Assembly (NCBI GenBank): GCA_020048645.1 | Contig: JAIFMG010000097.1 | Span: 1,498-65,497 of the forward strand | Length of the DNA: 64,000 nt | Direction of reading: 5' to 3' | From: Bacteroidota bacterium | Lineage (GTDB): Bacteria; Bacteroidota; Bacteroidia; Bacteroidales; UBA6013 | Shown: one piece after another, positions 19,826-30,736 of the stretch | How the letters are laid out: each line of letters begins with the position of its first letter | How positions within the stretch are numbered: position 1 is the first letter of the stretch | Made by a program: the position numbers and the translations under genes | Notes under the pieces: model-generated | What the model was told of the DNA's origin: nothing | The model's input: only the letters and a program-made list of their open reading frames with translations | The model's database searches: none

Positions 19826-22228
19826 ATGGAGATCACAATGACTTACCTGCTGGCGATTGTCGGAGCCCTCCTGCTGGTCCTGCTGGCGCTGATCGCGCTG
19901 CAAGGTAGGAACCACCGGAAGATCGGCCGGCTGCTCGAAGAGCTGGAGGAGCTCAAGGCCCGCCAGCGCGAGCAGTCGGCCTTGCAGCAGCGCATCGCGC
20001 AGCAGATGCCGCCCAAGCTGCAAAGCCCCCGCGCGAGCCAGGCCAACCGCCTGGCCCGTTGGCAATATCCGGGCAAGGCCCAGGACGACCGGCAGCAGGC
20101 GGCCATCCGCGCGCAGATCAACCGCAAGCCGCAGAAGCCCGGCCTGATCCGCCGCCTCGACGAGAAGTTCGGCGTGCTGGAGTACCTGGGCGAGCAGTTC
20201 ATCGGGGGCAACCTGTTCAACAAGCTGGGCATGGCCCTGCTGGTGCTGGGGGTGGCCTACTTCGTGCGCTACGCCATCGAGAAGGACTGGATCGACACGG
20301 TGGGCCGGGTGGCCGTGGGCCTGGGGGCCAGCGGTCTGCTGGTGCTGCTGGCGCACCTGGCCAGCCGCCGGATGCGGGCCTTCAGCTCGGTGCTGCTGGG
20401 AGGCAGCATCGCGGTGCTGTTCTACACCTTCTTCATCGGATTCGAGCAGTACAAGCTTTTCTCGCCCACGGCGGGCCTGCTCATCCTCCTGGGCATCAAC
20501 GCCTTCTCCGTTTCGCTGGCCCTGGCCTACGACCGCATGGAGGTGGCCGTGTTCAGCACCCTGGCGGCCTTCACGGCCCCGCTGATGGTGGACTTCAACG
20601 GCATCCCGCACACGGTGCTGCTGACCTACCTGCTGGTGGTGGACATCGCGCTGCTGGTCTTGGCCTACTTCAAGAAATGGATGGTCATCACGGCGGTCTC
20701 CTACGTCGGCTCGCTGGCCTTCTACGGGCTATGGCTGCGGGGCGCCTTCCAGGTGGACCAGGTCCCCTACCTGGCGGCCTTCGTCTTCGCGACCTTCTTC
20801 TACCTGATCACCTTCACGATGGTCGTGCTCAACAACGTGCGCGAGCGGAGGCCCTTCATCCCGCTCGAGCTGACGATGATCATCACGCTGACCATCATGT
20901 ACTTCACGGCGGGCCTGGCCATCATCGAGGAAGTGAACAACGACCTCAAGGGCCTTTTCACGGCCTTGATCGCGCTGATCAACTTCATCCACCTGATGGT
21001 CTTGTTCCGCAACGAGAACGCCGACCGCAAGCTGATCTACCTGCTCCTGGGCCTGGTGGTGCTCTTCACGAGCCTGGTGCCGCCGGTGCAACTGGTGGGC
21101 AAGACCATCACGCTGGTCTGGTCGCTGCAGATCGTGCTGATGATGTGGCTGGCCCAGAAGATCGATGTGGTGCTGATGAAGCTGGGCTCGTTCGCGATGA
21201 CCCTGGCGATGCTGGGCAGCCTGGGCATGGACATGTGGCAGATTTACGTCCGGACCACGGAGCTGGCCGAGCCGATGGCCGTGATCTTCAACCGGGGCTT
21301 CCTGATCAACATGGTGGCCGTGAGCGCACTGGCCACCAACCTGAGCCTGCTGAAGAACGAGAAGGGCGAGTACTTCGCCCCGTTCCTGAAAGTCAAGATG
21401 ATGAAGGCTTTCCTGGGGGCGGCCGCGGGCCTGGCCTTCTACTTCACGGGCTTCCTGGAGCTGAAGTACCACGTCATCCAGAGCATCGACTACCGGCCGT
21501 CGGTCAGCCAGGTGGTGGGGGCCTACAACCTTGGGCTGCTGTTCTTGGCCAGCATCCCGGCGCTGCTCAAGCGCGACATTCCGGCGCTGGGCGCGGCGGC
21601 CGGCGGGGCGATGTTCCTCTCGTCGCTGCTTTACCTTTTCTTCTACAACTACAAGATCATCCTGGTGCGCAACGCCTACCTGATGAGCAACGACGCCAGC
21701 CTGGGCCAGTACCAGTTCCACTACGCGCTGGTGGCGGCGGTGGCCTTCATGGCCGTGTCGGGCTGGCTGGGGCTGGTCCGCTTCAAGGGGGCGGCCAGCC
21801 TTCCGGGCCGCGTCGGGGCGTGGTGGGCCTTCTTCGTGCTGCTGTTCATGCTGAGCGCCGAGGCCGACAACCACTACGTGGTGGCCGAGTTCCGGGAGGG
21901 CTTCCTGCCGGCGCACATCCAGCGCGAAGTACACCAGACGGTTTACACGGTGCTCTGGAGCGGGGTCTCGCTGCTGGCCATGTGGCTGGGCATGGCCTTC
22001 GGCTACCAGGAGCTTCGCCGCCTGGCCCTGACGCTGCTGGGGGCCACCTTCCTGAAGCTGGCCGTGCTGGACCTGGGGCGCATCGACGAGCACGCGCAAG
22101 TGGTGTCGTTCGTAACGCTGGGGGCCACGGCCACCCTGGTCTCGTACCTGTACCAGCGCCAGCGGCTGCGCGCCCAGGCCGAGGCCGAGGCCCTGTCGGC
22201 CCGGCGGTGGCAGGAGGATGAGCCATGA
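19826..22228 (+). CDS. DUF2339-like polytopic membrane protein
   Basis: E..IGGNLFNKLG...GVAYFVRYAIE..WI motif, many TM helices, C-terminal KL..LDL. Confidence 0.75.
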   Translation: MEITMTYLLAIVGALLLVLLALIALQGRNHRKIGRLLEELEELKARQREQSALQQRIAQQMPPKLQSPRASQANRLARWQYPGKAQDDRQQAAIRAQINRKPQKPGLIRRLDEKFGVLEYLGEQFIGGNLFNKLGMALLVLGVAYFVRYAIEKDWIDTVGRVAVGLGASGLLVLLAHLASRRMRAFSSVLLGGSIAVLFYTFFIGFEQYKLFSPTAGLLILLGINAFSVSLALAYDRMEVAVFSTLAAFTAPLMVDFNGIPHTVLLTYLLVVDIALLVLAYFKKWMVITAVSYVGSLAFYGLWLRGAFQVDQVPYLAAFVFATFFYLITFTMVVLNNVRERRPFIPLELTMIITLTIMYFTAGLAIIEEVNNDLKGLFTALIALINFIHLMVLFRNENADRKLIYLLLGLVVLFTSLVPPVQLVGKTITLVWSLQIVLMMWLAQKIDVVLMKLGSFAMTLAMLGSLGMDMWQIYVRTTELAEPMAVIFNRGFLINMVAVSALATNLSLLKNEKGEYFAPFLKVKMMKAFLGAAAGLAFYFTGFLELKYHVIQSIDYRPSVSQVVGAYNLGLLFLASIPALLKRDIPALGAAAGGAMFLSSLLYLFFYNYKIILVRNAYLMSNDASLGQYQFHYALVAAVAFMAVSGWLGLVRFKGAASLPGRVGAWWAFFVLLFMLSAEADNHYVVAEFREGFLPAHIQREVHQTVYTVLWSGVSLLAMWLGMAFGYQELRRLALTLLGATFLKLAVLDLGRIDEHAQVVSFVTLGATATLVSYLYQRQRLRAQAEAEALSARRWQEDEP

Positions 22229-22752
22229 TCCGCGAGGCGGCCGCCATTTTCTCCTTCCTCTTCGCGCTCGAGCTCCTGCTGCTGGCGGCGATCTTCCGGC
22301 AAAGGCATCCCCAAAGCAAGGCCTTGTCGAGCGGGCTCTTCTGGCGGCTGGTGGGCATCTCGATACCGGTCACTGTGCTGGTTTTCAGCCTGCTCTTCGT
22401 GGGCTGGGCATCGACCTACGCGAGGCCTTTCTCCCCGGAAGCCTGGAAGGCGGACCAGGAGCGGCCGCGAATGCTGCGGGCGCTGGTCGGCCAGGTGCTG
22501 CCATCGACATCGCCGGAGGACCTGGAGGACACGCTGGGCCCGGCAGTGCGGCTCGAGGGCCTGCCCGCGGGATACCGCGTGTTCGCGGCGGGCCGCGCGG
22601 GGCACCTGTTCGAGGGCAGGCGCCAATGGCTGCTGGTGGCCTACCGGGGCGACAGCCTGGCCATGGCCAAGCTCTACGAGCTGGAAGACTCGCTCGGCCT
22701 ACTGGACCTTGTCAACAAGGATGCCCAGCATTCCGGCCACCTCGCCCTGTGA
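22225..22752 (+). CDS. Hypothetical membrane protein
   Basis: ATGA overlap with the DUF2339 gene; two TM helices followed by a FSPEAWK..RPRM segment. Confidence 0.55.
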   Translation: MIREAAAIFSFLFALELLLLAAIFRQRHPQSKALSSGLFWRLVGISIPVTVLVFSLLFVGWASTYARPFSPEAWKADQERPRMLRALVGQVLPSTSPEDLEDTLGPAVRLEGLPAGYRVFAAGRAGHLFEGRRQWLLVAYRGDSLAMAKLYELEDSLGLLDLVNKDAQHSGHLAL

Positions 22753-25074
22753 GTCGCGGAAGACGGACTTGTTGAGAATGACCTCTTTGGTGGCCCCGCT
22801 GGCGTACTTGACGCGGGTCTCATAGACCTGGCGCTGCCCGGTGCGCATGACCTCCTGGTCGGAGCGGTGGAACTCCTGGGCCTGCTCGATGCTGTCGCTG
22901 ATCTCGAAGACGGTATGGCCGACGACCTCGCGCTTGGACTTGCCGATGTAGTCGGAGAAGGCGGCGTTGCAGCCCAGGTAAACGCCCTCGGTGTCCTTGT
23001 AGAAAAGCGGGTAGGGGATGGTGTCGAGCAGGGTGTTGAAAAAGTGGAGGCTCTTCTTGAGCTCCTTCTCGGTCTCCTTGATGGCGGCCTCGGCCAGGCG
23101 GCTCTCTTCCATCTGGAGGTTGAGCTTTTCGTGGGTGATGCGCATCTCCTCGATGTTCTGGCGCATCTGCTCCTCGTGCATGGCCAGGCTCTCGGCCTGG
23201 TCTTCGGACTCTCGCAGGAGCTTGGAGGTGCGGAGGTTGATCTTGATGGTGGCGATGGTGGAGGCCACGCTCTCGGCGATGCGCTCGGCGAACTCGATCT
23301 CGAAAGGCTCGAGCAGCTTGAAGGAGGCCAGCTCAAGGCATCCGAAGGTCTGGTCGGCGGTCTTCAGGGGCACAAGGAGCAGGCAGGTGGGCGGATGCTC
23401 GCCCATGCCCGAGGTGACCTTGATGTAGTCTGGCGGCACGTCCGTGAGGAAGACGCTGAGGTTTTCCAGGATGCAGCGCCCCACCAGGTCGGTGCCCATC
23501 TCGACGCGGTTGTTGAGGAACTTGCGCCGCTCGTAGGCGTAGGCCGAGAGGATGCGCACGTGGAGGTCGTCGGGGTCGTCATCCTGGATGAGGTAGAAGG
23601 CGCCGATGTTGGCCCCGATGTACTGGACCATGTTGCTGGTGATGCTGAAGGCGAACTCCTCCATGTTGTCGTTGTTCTGGCGGAGGATTTCGGAGAACTT
23701 GGCGATGCCCGTTGTCACCCAGGCCTGCCGCCGTTCGCGCTCCTTGCGCTCCTCGTTCTCGCTCTCGATGCGGCGCAGGCTGTCGCGCATCTGCAGCAGG
23801 GCGTTGCCCAGGCTGTCGGAAGGCCCTTTGACAGTGAGCGTGGCGTTGAGGTTGCCCTGCCCGATGACGTTGGCGAAATCGACCGTCTGCCGCAGGTTAT
23901 CGACCAGTTGGTTCATGGCCAGGGAGGTCTCGCCGATTTCGTCGGCGTTGCCCACCCTCATCTTCTCGGCCGAGAAGATGTCGCCCAGGGCCAGGCGCTT
24001 GAAGTTGGTGGTCATGCGCTTGAGGGGCAGGGTGATGATGCTGGAGATGAAGAAGATGAGCACGCTGATGCTGGCCAGGCCCAGCAGCCCTACGGTGATG
24101 GAGATGCGGTAGTTGGCCTGGGCCTTCTGGGCGACCGTCTCGATGGGCACGGCGATGCCCAGGGCCCAGGGCGTGCTGGTCTTGCCGATCGCGATCGGGT
24201 GGACGGACGCGTAGTGCGCGCGGTTGAGCGAGTCCACGGTCTCGAACGAGAAGGCCTTGCCTTCGCGGACGCTCTGGGAAATGGCGAAGAGGGCCTCTTC
24301 CTTGAACAGCAGCTCGCTGATGTGGCGGTTGACGAAATAGTCGTTCGGGTGGGCCACGAAGGTGCCGTTGTTGGAGAGCAGGAAGGCATAGCCGTCGCCG
24401 AAGGGAGTGAGCTGGCCCATGAAATTCTGGAACTTGTCCAAGGGTACGTCGATGCCGGCCACGCCCATGAACCGTTCTTCCTTGACGATGGGCACCACGA
24501 TGCTGGTCTCGAGGATGCGGGCCATCTGGCGGCTGTACGAATACTCGTAGGGGTCCAGGACCACTTCGGAGCGGGTTTGCTTGGGCAGGGCGTAGTAGTC
24601 GCCCGCGTAAACGGCCTCGGGATCCTCCTCGATGGACTCGTCCAGGACGACGCGGTCTCCCTGCCGGTAGAACATGACGCCGAAGTTGCCCAGCACGCTG
24701 CTGCCGGGCTTCATCTGGTAAAGGCTGTCGAGCCTGTCGATGGAATACGGCTCCCAGGTGGTCCAGACCGAGATGAACTCGGGGTTCATGACCAGGAGGT
24801 TGCGGACCATGTCGCGGCAGAGGAAGCGGCGGTACTCCTCGGGCACCTGGTCGAAGGAGTGGAAGTTCTGGGCCAGGGTGCGGACGGCCCCGACGTAGAG
24901 GTCCAGGCGCGACTTGGTCTGCTCGGCATACTTGGCCGCTTCGGAGTCGGCCAGCTTCTTGGCCTCCTCGAAGGCGTGCTCCCGCGCGTTGACGCTGACG
25001 ATGCTGACGGCGATGAAGTATATCGCCGCGCAGGGTCCGAGGATGTAGAGGATCAGCTTGGTACTGAGTTTCAT
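22699..25074 (-). CDS. Cache-HAMP-GAF-PAS sensor with no catalytic output domain
   Basis: Start reassigned to MKLSTKL; TM - Cache (YY..PK, LDPY) - TM - HAMP (DEIG) - GAF - coiled coil - PAS (KDTEGVYLGCN). Confidence 0.8.
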   Translation of the reverse strand: MKLSTKLILYILGPCAAIYFIAVSIVSVNAREHAFEEAKKLADSEAAKYAEQTKSRLDLYVGAVRTLAQNFHSFDQVPEEYRRFLCRDMVRNLLVMNPEFISVWTTWEPYSIDRLDSLYQMKPGSSVLGNFGVMFYRQGDRVVLDESIEEDPEAVYAGDYYALPKQTRSEVVLDPYEYSYSRQMARILETSIVVPIVKEERFMGVAGIDVPLDKFQNFMGQLTPFGDGYAFLLSNNGTFVAHPNDYFVNRHISELLFKEEALFAISQSVREGKAFSFETVDSLNRAHYASVHPIAIGKTSTPWALGIAVPIETVAQKAQANYRISITVGLLGLASISVLIFFISSIITLPLKRMTTNFKRLALGDIFSAEKMRVGNADEIGETSLAMNQLVDNLRQTVDFANVIGQGNLNATLTVKGPSDSLGNALLQMRDSLRRIESENEERKERERRQAWVTTGIAKFSEILRQNNDNMEEFAFSITSNMVQYIGANIGAFYLIQDDDPDDLHVRILSAYAYERRKFLNNRVEMGTDLVGRCILENLSVFLTDVPPDYIKVTSGMGEHPPTCLLLVPLKTADQTFGCLELASFKLLEPFEIEFAERIAESVASTIATIKINLRTSKLLRESEDQAESLAMHEEQMRQNIEEMRITHEKLNLQMEESRLAEAAIKETEKELKKSLHFFNTLLDTIPYPLFYKDTEGVYLGCNAAFSDYIGKSKREVVGHTVFEISDSIEQAQEFHRSDQEVMRTGQRQVYETRVKYASGATKEVILNKSVFRDSQGEVAGMLGILVDKVQ

Positions 25075-25229
25075 GGAGGTTCCGATTAACGAGGGCCTTG
25101 TATTCATGGCTGAAATTAAAACAAATCCGCAAAAAATCAACGCCTCGAAGGCAATTATTTGCCCGGTGGCCCTCCAAGGGTGCCTTCCGATGGATCCTGC
25201 CACATATTTGGAATTATGGGCCAAGGTCT

Positions 25230-25237
25230 TATATTTG
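25230..25237 (+). promoter_or_regulatory. Bacteroidota -7 promoter box
   Basis: TATATTTG 19 nt upstream of the YfcC-family start. Confidence 0.55.
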
Positions 25238-25255
25238 CCGCAAAGCCCCAAAAGC

Positions 25256-26662
25256 ATGAGCGCGATCAAAAAATTTCCAGACACGATAAGCATCGTTCTG
25301 ATGATCATGGTCTTCTTCATCGGCCTGACTTGGCTCGTGCCCGCGGGGCGCTTCGACCGTGCCGAAGTCCAGGTGGGCCAGGAGGTCCGCGAGGTGGTCG
25401 TCCAAGGCTCGTACAAGCGGGTGGAGCAGTCGCCGCAGGGCCTGTCGGCGCTGCTGACGGCCCCCATCCGGGGCTTCGCGGCGGCGGCGCAGATCATCGC
25501 CTTCGTGTTCCTGGTGGGCGGGGCCTTCGGCATCCTCAACCGGACCGGGGCCATCGTGGCGGCGCTCCGCCAGCTCATCGCCAGGGTCTCCGACAAGCCG
25601 CGGGGCAAGGCGCTGGTCATCCCCTCGCTGATGGTGCTGTTCTCGCTGGGCGGCGGCTCCTTCGGCATGAGCGAGGAGGTGCTGGTCTTCATCCTGATAA
25701 CCGTGCCCCTGGCCCTGGCCTTGGGCTACGACTCCATCGTGGGCGTGGCCATTCCGTTCGTGGGCGCGGGGGCCGGCTTCGGCGCGGCCTTCTACAACCC
25801 CTTCACCATCGGCGTGGCCCAGGGCATCGCCCAGGTGCAGCCTTTCAGCGGGATCGAGTACCGACTGCTGGTCTGGGCCGCCATGACCACGGCCGCCGTG
25901 GTCTTCGTCATGCTCTACGCCCGCCGCGTCGAGAAGAAGCCCGAGCTGAGCATCATGTACGAGTTCGACAAGACACGGGACCTCTCGCACTTCCACAACG
26001 ACCAGACCGAGGCCTTCACGCTCCGGCACCGCCTGGTCCTGCTCACGCTGCTGGGGGCCCTGGTCATGCTGGTGGTCGGCGTCAACCAGTGGGGCTGGTT
26101 CATCAACGAGATTTCCGGGCTGTTCCTGGGCATGGGCGTGGTGGCCGCCGTCATTTTCCGGCTCTCGGCCCGCCAGAGCGTCGAAGCCTTCGTCGAGGGC
26201 GCGCGCGACATGATGACCGCCGCCCTGGTCATCGGCCTGACCCGCGGACTGCTCCTGATCGCCGAGGATGGGCACCTCATCGACCCCCTGCTCCAAGCCA
26301 TCGCCAGCGGAGCCCAAGGCATGCACCCTTCCATCTCCGCCTCCATCATGTTCCTGGTCCACGGGGCCATCAACTTCTTCGTGCCCTCCGGCTCCGGGCA
26401 GGCCGCCCTGACCATGCCCATCATGGCGCCCCTGAGCGACCTGCTGGGCATCACCCGCCAGACTGCCGTGCTGGCCTTCCAACTGGGCGACGGGCTCTTC
26501 AACCTGATCATCCCCACCAGCGGCGTCACCATGGGTGTGCTGGCCATCGCCAAGATTCCCTTCGACAAATGGTTCCGATGGTGCTGGCCCCTGATGCTCG
26601 TCTTCATCGGCGTCGGCATCCTTTCGCTCATCCCCCCCACCCTGCTCTTCGAGTGGCAATGA
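25256..26662 (+). CDS. YfcC/DcuC family transporter
   Basis: LTWLVPAGRFDR, FGMSEE, NPFTIGVAQ, PSGSGQA, FQLGDG. Confidence 0.9.
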   Translation: MSAIKKFPDTISIVLMIMVFFIGLTWLVPAGRFDRAEVQVGQEVREVVVQGSYKRVEQSPQGLSALLTAPIRGFAAAAQIIAFVFLVGGAFGILNRTGAIVAALRQLIARVSDKPRGKALVIPSLMVLFSLGGGSFGMSEEVLVFILITVPLALALGYDSIVGVAIPFVGAGAGFGAAFYNPFTIGVAQGIAQVQPFSGIEYRLLVWAAMTTAAVVFVMLYARRVEKKPELSIMYEFDKTRDLSHFHNDQTEAFTLRHRLVLLTLLGALVMLVVGVNQWGWFINEISGLFLGMGVVAAVIFRLSARQSVEAFVEGARDMMTAALVIGLTRGLLLIAEDGHLIDPLLQAIASGAQGMHPSISASIMFLVHGAINFFVPSGSGQAALTMPIMAPLSDLLGITRQTAVLAFQLGDGLFNLIIPTSGVTMGVLAIAKIPFDKWFRWCWPLMLVFIGVGILSLIPPTLLFEWQ

Positions 26663-26771
26663 CCTTCGGCAAATCCCGCCCGACCGTCTGGCATGGCCAA
26701 CCCACCGCGGCCACGAACCCTGCCGAGCGAAAGCACAGCCCTACACACGAACGAAAAAAACACCCCTGGAC

Positions 26772-27368
26772 ATGCTCGAATTTTGGAACCAACGCTACGC
26801 CGAGCCAGGCTTCGCCTACGGCGACCAACCCAACGTCTATTTCGCGCAAAAACTGGCCGGAATCGCACCGGGAAAAATGCTCCTCCCGGCAGAGGGCGAA
26901 GGCAGAAACGCCGTACACGCTGCTTCCCTCGGATGGGACGTCCTGGCCCTCGACTACAGCCAGGCGGGCCGCGAAAAGGCCATGAAGCTGGCCCAGGCCC
27001 GGGACGTCAGCATCCGCTACGAGCTGGCCGACCTGAACACCTGGCAGCCTCCGCGGGCGCGGTTCGACGCGATCGGCATGATCTACACCCACTTCCCCGC
27101 CCCCATCCGCCATGCCCTCTGGGCCCGCCTGCTCGAAGCGCTGGCCCCGGGCGGCTACCTCATTGCCGAGGTTTTCGATAAAAACCAGCTCGGCAAAAGC
27201 TCGGGAGGCCCGCAAAGTCTCGAAATGCTTTGCCAAGCCCAAGAGTTCGCCGCACTGCTCGAAGGATTCGACGTGTTGGAAATGGAAGAGACCCAGACCC
27301 TCCTGCACGAGGGCCAATACCACGAAGGATGGGCCGAAGTGCTGCGCATCTTCGCCCGAAAACACTAG
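26772..27368 (+). CDS. Class I SAM-dependent methyltransferase (TehB-like)
   Basis: FWNQRY, AEGEGRNA, LAPGG. Confidence 0.88.
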   Translation: MLEFWNQRYAEPGFAYGDQPNVYFAQKLAGIAPGKMLLPAEGEGRNAVHAASLGWDVLALDYSQAGREKAMKLAQARDVSIRYELADLNTWQPPRARFDAIGMIYTHFPAPIRHALWARLLEALAPGGYLIAEVFDKNQLGKSSGGPQSLEMLCQAQEFAALLEGFDVLEMEETQTLLHEGQYHEGWAEVLRIFARKH

Positions 27369-27460
27369 CCGAACAGCCCGCCTCGGCGCTCGCTTTCCGA
27401 AAGAAATCGTAGCTTCGCGGATTATCGAACCGAACCTTAACGAACAACACAACCCGCACC

Positions 27461-28666
27461 ATGCCAGCCATTTCACAACGCGGCGCGAACATGCCCGCCT
27501 CGCCCATCCGCAAGCTGATCCCCTTCGCCGAGGCCGCGAAAAAGCGCGGAACGCAGGTTTTCCACCTCAACATCGGACAGCCCGACATCCGCACGCCCAA
27601 GGAAGCCCTCGACGCCATCCGCGGGCTCAAAGAGGAGGTCATCGAGTACAGCCACTCGGCCGGCAACGAGAGCTACCGCCGCGGCCTGGCCGACTACTAC
27701 AAAGGCATCGGCATCGCGGTCGATTTCAGCGACATCCTCATCACCACCGGCGGCAGCGAGGCGCTGCTCTTCGCCTTCTGGGCATGCCTCAACCCCGGCG
27801 ACGAGGTCATCGTCACCGAACCGTTCTACACCAACTACAACGGGTTCGCCGTGGAAGCCGGGGTAAACCTTGTACCCGTAACTTCCCACATCCAGGATGG
27901 TTTCGCCCTGCCGCCCATGTCGGCCATCGAAGAAAAGGTCAGCGCCAAGACACGGGCCATCCTCATCTGCAACCCCAACAACCCGACAGGCTACCTCTAC
28001 TCGAAGCAAGAGCTGTTGCAACTCCGTGAAATTGTGCTCAAACACGACCTTTTCCTCTTCTCGGACGAGGTCTATCGCGAATTTTGCTACGACGGCCACG
28101 AGCACTTCTCGGTCATGCAACTCGAAGGCCTCGAAAAGAACGTCCTGCTGGTCGATTCGGTCTCGAAACGCTACAGCGCCTGCGGAGTGCGCATCGGCGC
28201 CCTGGTCAGCCGCAATCCCGAAGTCGTGGCCGCGGCCCTGAAGTTCGGACAAGCCCGGCTCAGCCCTCCCGGATTGGGCCAGATCGTGGGCGAGGCCGCG
28301 CTGCGCACCGGGAGCGACTACTTCGCCGAGGTCTATCACGAGTACATCGAACGCCGCGACCTGGTCGTCGAAGCCCTCAACCGCATGGAAGGTGTTTTCT
28401 GCCCCACCCCTAAAGGAGCGTTCTACACCATCGTGCGGCTCCCCATCCGCGACAGCGAGCACTTCTGCCAATGGCTGCTCGATTCGTTCTCCTTCGAAGG
28501 CAGCACCGTCATGCTGGCTCCGGCCTCGGGCTTCTACAGCACACCCGGCCTGGGCCGCGACGAGGTGCGCCTGGCCTACGTGCTCGAAAAAGACAAGCTC
28601 CAACAAGCCATGCACTGCCTGGAGCAAGCCTTGAAAGAATACCCGGAAAGCACTCTGAAACAGTGA
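27461..28666 (+). CDS. PLP-dependent aminotransferase class I/II (aspartate aminotransferase-like)
   Basis: LNIGQPD, NPNNPTG, DEVY, SVSKRY...RIG. Confidence 0.93.
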   Translation: MPAISQRGANMPASPIRKLIPFAEAAKKRGTQVFHLNIGQPDIRTPKEALDAIRGLKEEVIEYSHSAGNESYRRGLADYYKGIGIAVDFSDILITTGGSEALLFAFWACLNPGDEVIVTEPFYTNYNGFAVEAGVNLVPVTSHIQDGFALPPMSAIEEKVSAKTRAILICNPNNPTGYLYSKQELLQLREIVLKHDLFLFSDEVYREFCYDGHEHFSVMQLEGLEKNVLLVDSVSKRYSACGVRIGALVSRNPEVVAAALKFGQARLSPPGLGQIVGEAALRTGSDYFAEVYHEYIERRDLVVEALNRMEGVFCPTPKGAFYTIVRLPIRDSEHFCQWLLDSFSFEGSTVMLAPASGFYSTPGLGRDEVRLAYVLEKDKLQQAMHCLEQALKEYPESTLKQ

Positions 28667-29907
28667 GTTTCTCCTACTTCGTGGCCCGGAGGATGGTCCG
28701 GAAGGAAAAAGGACAAGAGCGCTCGGCGGCCCGCTCCATCGTGGGCATCGCCGTGGCCAGCATCGCCCTCGGGCTTGCCGTCATGATTCTATCCGTGGCC
28801 ATCCTCACCGGATTCAAGCGCGAAGTATCCCAGAAAGTCGTCGGCTTCGGCTCGCACCTGAGCATCGTCCGACACGATACGAACAACTCTTTCGAGAGCC
28901 AGCCCATCAATCTTCGACAGCACTTCTACCCCTCGCTGGCCGACGAGCCGGGCATTCTGCACATACAGCCCTACGCCACCAAGGCGGGCATCATCAAGAC
29001 CGACTCGACCCTCCAGGGCATCGTGCTCAAAGGCGTCGGCCCCGACTTCGACTGGGACTTCTTCGAAGGCAACCTCACCGAGGGCCAAATCCTTGACACA
29101 CAAGGCGAAAGAACCGAGGGCATCCTGCTTTCGCAACAAACCGCAGACCTGCTCGAACTCAAGCTCGGCGACGCCTTCGCGATGTACTTCATCCAAGACC
29201 CGCCCCGCGCCCGCCGCTTCGAGCTGGTCGGCATCTTCCGAAGCGGGCTAGAGGAATACGACCGCCTCTACGCTCTCGTGGACATTCGGCACATCCAAAA
29301 GCTCAACGACTGGACGGAGGAGCAAGTCAGCGGGTTCGAGGTTTTGGTCGAAGACTTTTCCCAAATCGAGGAAGTCGAAAACAGAGTGCGTGACCTGGTC
29401 GCCTTCAACTACGAGCCTGGGGCCGAAAAGCTGAAAGTCATCAGCATTCGGGAAAGTTCGTCGCAGATATTCGATTGGCTTGAACTTTCCGACACCAACG
29501 TGCAGGTCATCCTGGTGCTGATGCTGCTGGTGGCGGGCATCAACATGATCTCGGGCCTGCTGATCCTGATCCTCGAAAACACCCGAGCCATCGGTCTCTT
29601 CAAGGCGATGGGCGCCACCAACTGGCAGGTTGTCAAGGTGTTCCTGTTCAACGCGGGCTTTCTGGTCGGCAAGGGCTTGGCCTGGGGCAATGCCATTGGC
29701 CTGGCCTTGGCCCTGGGGCAAAAGCGCTGGTCGTGGGTTACGCTCGACCCGGAATCCTACTACGTCTCGGCAGTACCCATCAATTTGGAAATCACGCACT
29801 TGCTGCTGCTCAACGGCGGGGCGCTGCTGACCATCCTGGCGATGCTGCTCTTGCCCAGCCTGATGGTGCTCAAGGTATCACCGGCCAAAGCCATCGCGTT
29901 TGAATGA
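28663..29907 (+). CDS. LolC/LolE family ABC permease
   Basis: GTG start overlapping the upstream stop; ILTGFK, MacB/FtsX architecture, IGLFKAMGA, LDPESYY. Confidence 0.85.
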   Translation: MSFSYFVARRMVRKEKGQERSAARSIVGIAVASIALGLAVMILSVAILTGFKREVSQKVVGFGSHLSIVRHDTNNSFESQPINLRQHFYPSLADEPGILHIQPYATKAGIIKTDSTLQGIVLKGVGPDFDWDFFEGNLTEGQILDTQGERTEGILLSQQTADLLELKLGDAFAMYFIQDPPRARRFELVGIFRSGLEEYDRLYALVDIRHIQKLNDWTEEQVSGFEVLVEDFSQIEEVENRVRDLVAFNYEPGAEKLKVISIRESSSQIFDWLELSDTNVQVILVLMLLVAGINMISGLLILILENTRAIGLFKAMGATNWQVVKVFLFNAGFLVGKGLAWGNAIGLALALGQKRWSWVTLDPESYYVSAVPINLEITHLLLLNGGALLTILAMLLLPSLMVLKVSPAKAIAFE

Positions 29908-29937
29908 TGGACAACATTTAATCTGACAATAAAAAAA

Positions 29938-30675
29938 ATGAAACTATACACCAAAAACATCATTAAAAAATACGGAAAGCGCGTTGTCGTGAAAGGAGTA
30001 TCCGTAGAAGTGGAAAAAGGCGAGATCGTCGGTCTGCTAGGACCCAACGGCGCCGGCAAGACGACCTCTTTCTATATGATCGTTGGCCTGATCAAACCCA
30101 ATGAAGGCCAGGTATTTCTGGATGACAGGGACATTACCGACGAGCCCATGTACCGCCGCGCCCAACTCGGAATCGGCTACCTGGCCCAGGAGGCCTCCGT
30201 GTTCAGGACATTGAGCGTGGAAGACAACATCAAAGCCGTGTTGGAAATGACCCAGCTCAGCAAGGCCCAACAACGCGAAAAACTGGAATCCCTACTGGAT
30301 GAGTTCGGCTTGCACAAAATCCGCGAGAGCAAAGGCATCCAACTTTCGGGCGGCGAGCGGCGCCGAACCGAAATCGCCCGCTGCCTGGCCATCAACCCGA
30401 GCTTCATCTTGCTCGACGAACCCTTCGCGGGCGTTGACCCCATCGCCGTCGAGGACATTCAGAAAATCGTGGCCAAACTGAAAGACAAGAACATAGGCAT
30501 CCTCATCACGGACCACAACGTGCAGGAAACCCTCTCCATCACCGACAGGGCCTACCTGCTCTACGAAGGCAACATCCTCAAATCAGGGACAGCCGAGGAG
30601 CTGGCCGCCGACAAGCGCGTCCGCGAGGTTTACCTGGGGAAAAACTTCGAACTTCGAAAAGTGGCCAAGGACTGA
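29938..30675 (+). CDS. lptB: LPS export ABC transporter ATP-binding protein
   Basis: [42 protein letters not shown]. Confidence 0.95.
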   Translation: MKLYTKNIIKKYGKRVVVKGVSVEVEKGEIVGLLGPNGAGKTTSFYMIVGLIKPNEGQVFLDDRDITDEPMYRRAQLGIGYLAQEASVFRTLSVEDNIKAVLEMTQLSKAQQREKLESLLDEFGLHKIRESKGIQLSGGERRRTEIARCLAINPSFILLDEPFAGVDPIAVEDIQKIVAKLKDKNIGILITDHNVQETLSITDRAYLLYEGNILKSGTAEELAADKRVREVYLGKNFELRKVAKD

Positions 30676-30736
30676 TCCTCCGGCCGACCGATTCGCAAAA
30701 GGGGCTATAAAAACACGAAAGAAACATCTCGAATGT

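Noticed and set aside
22699-22752. 54-bp convergent overlap of two genes
   Set aside because: Short tail-to-tail overlaps are common in GC-rich genomes.
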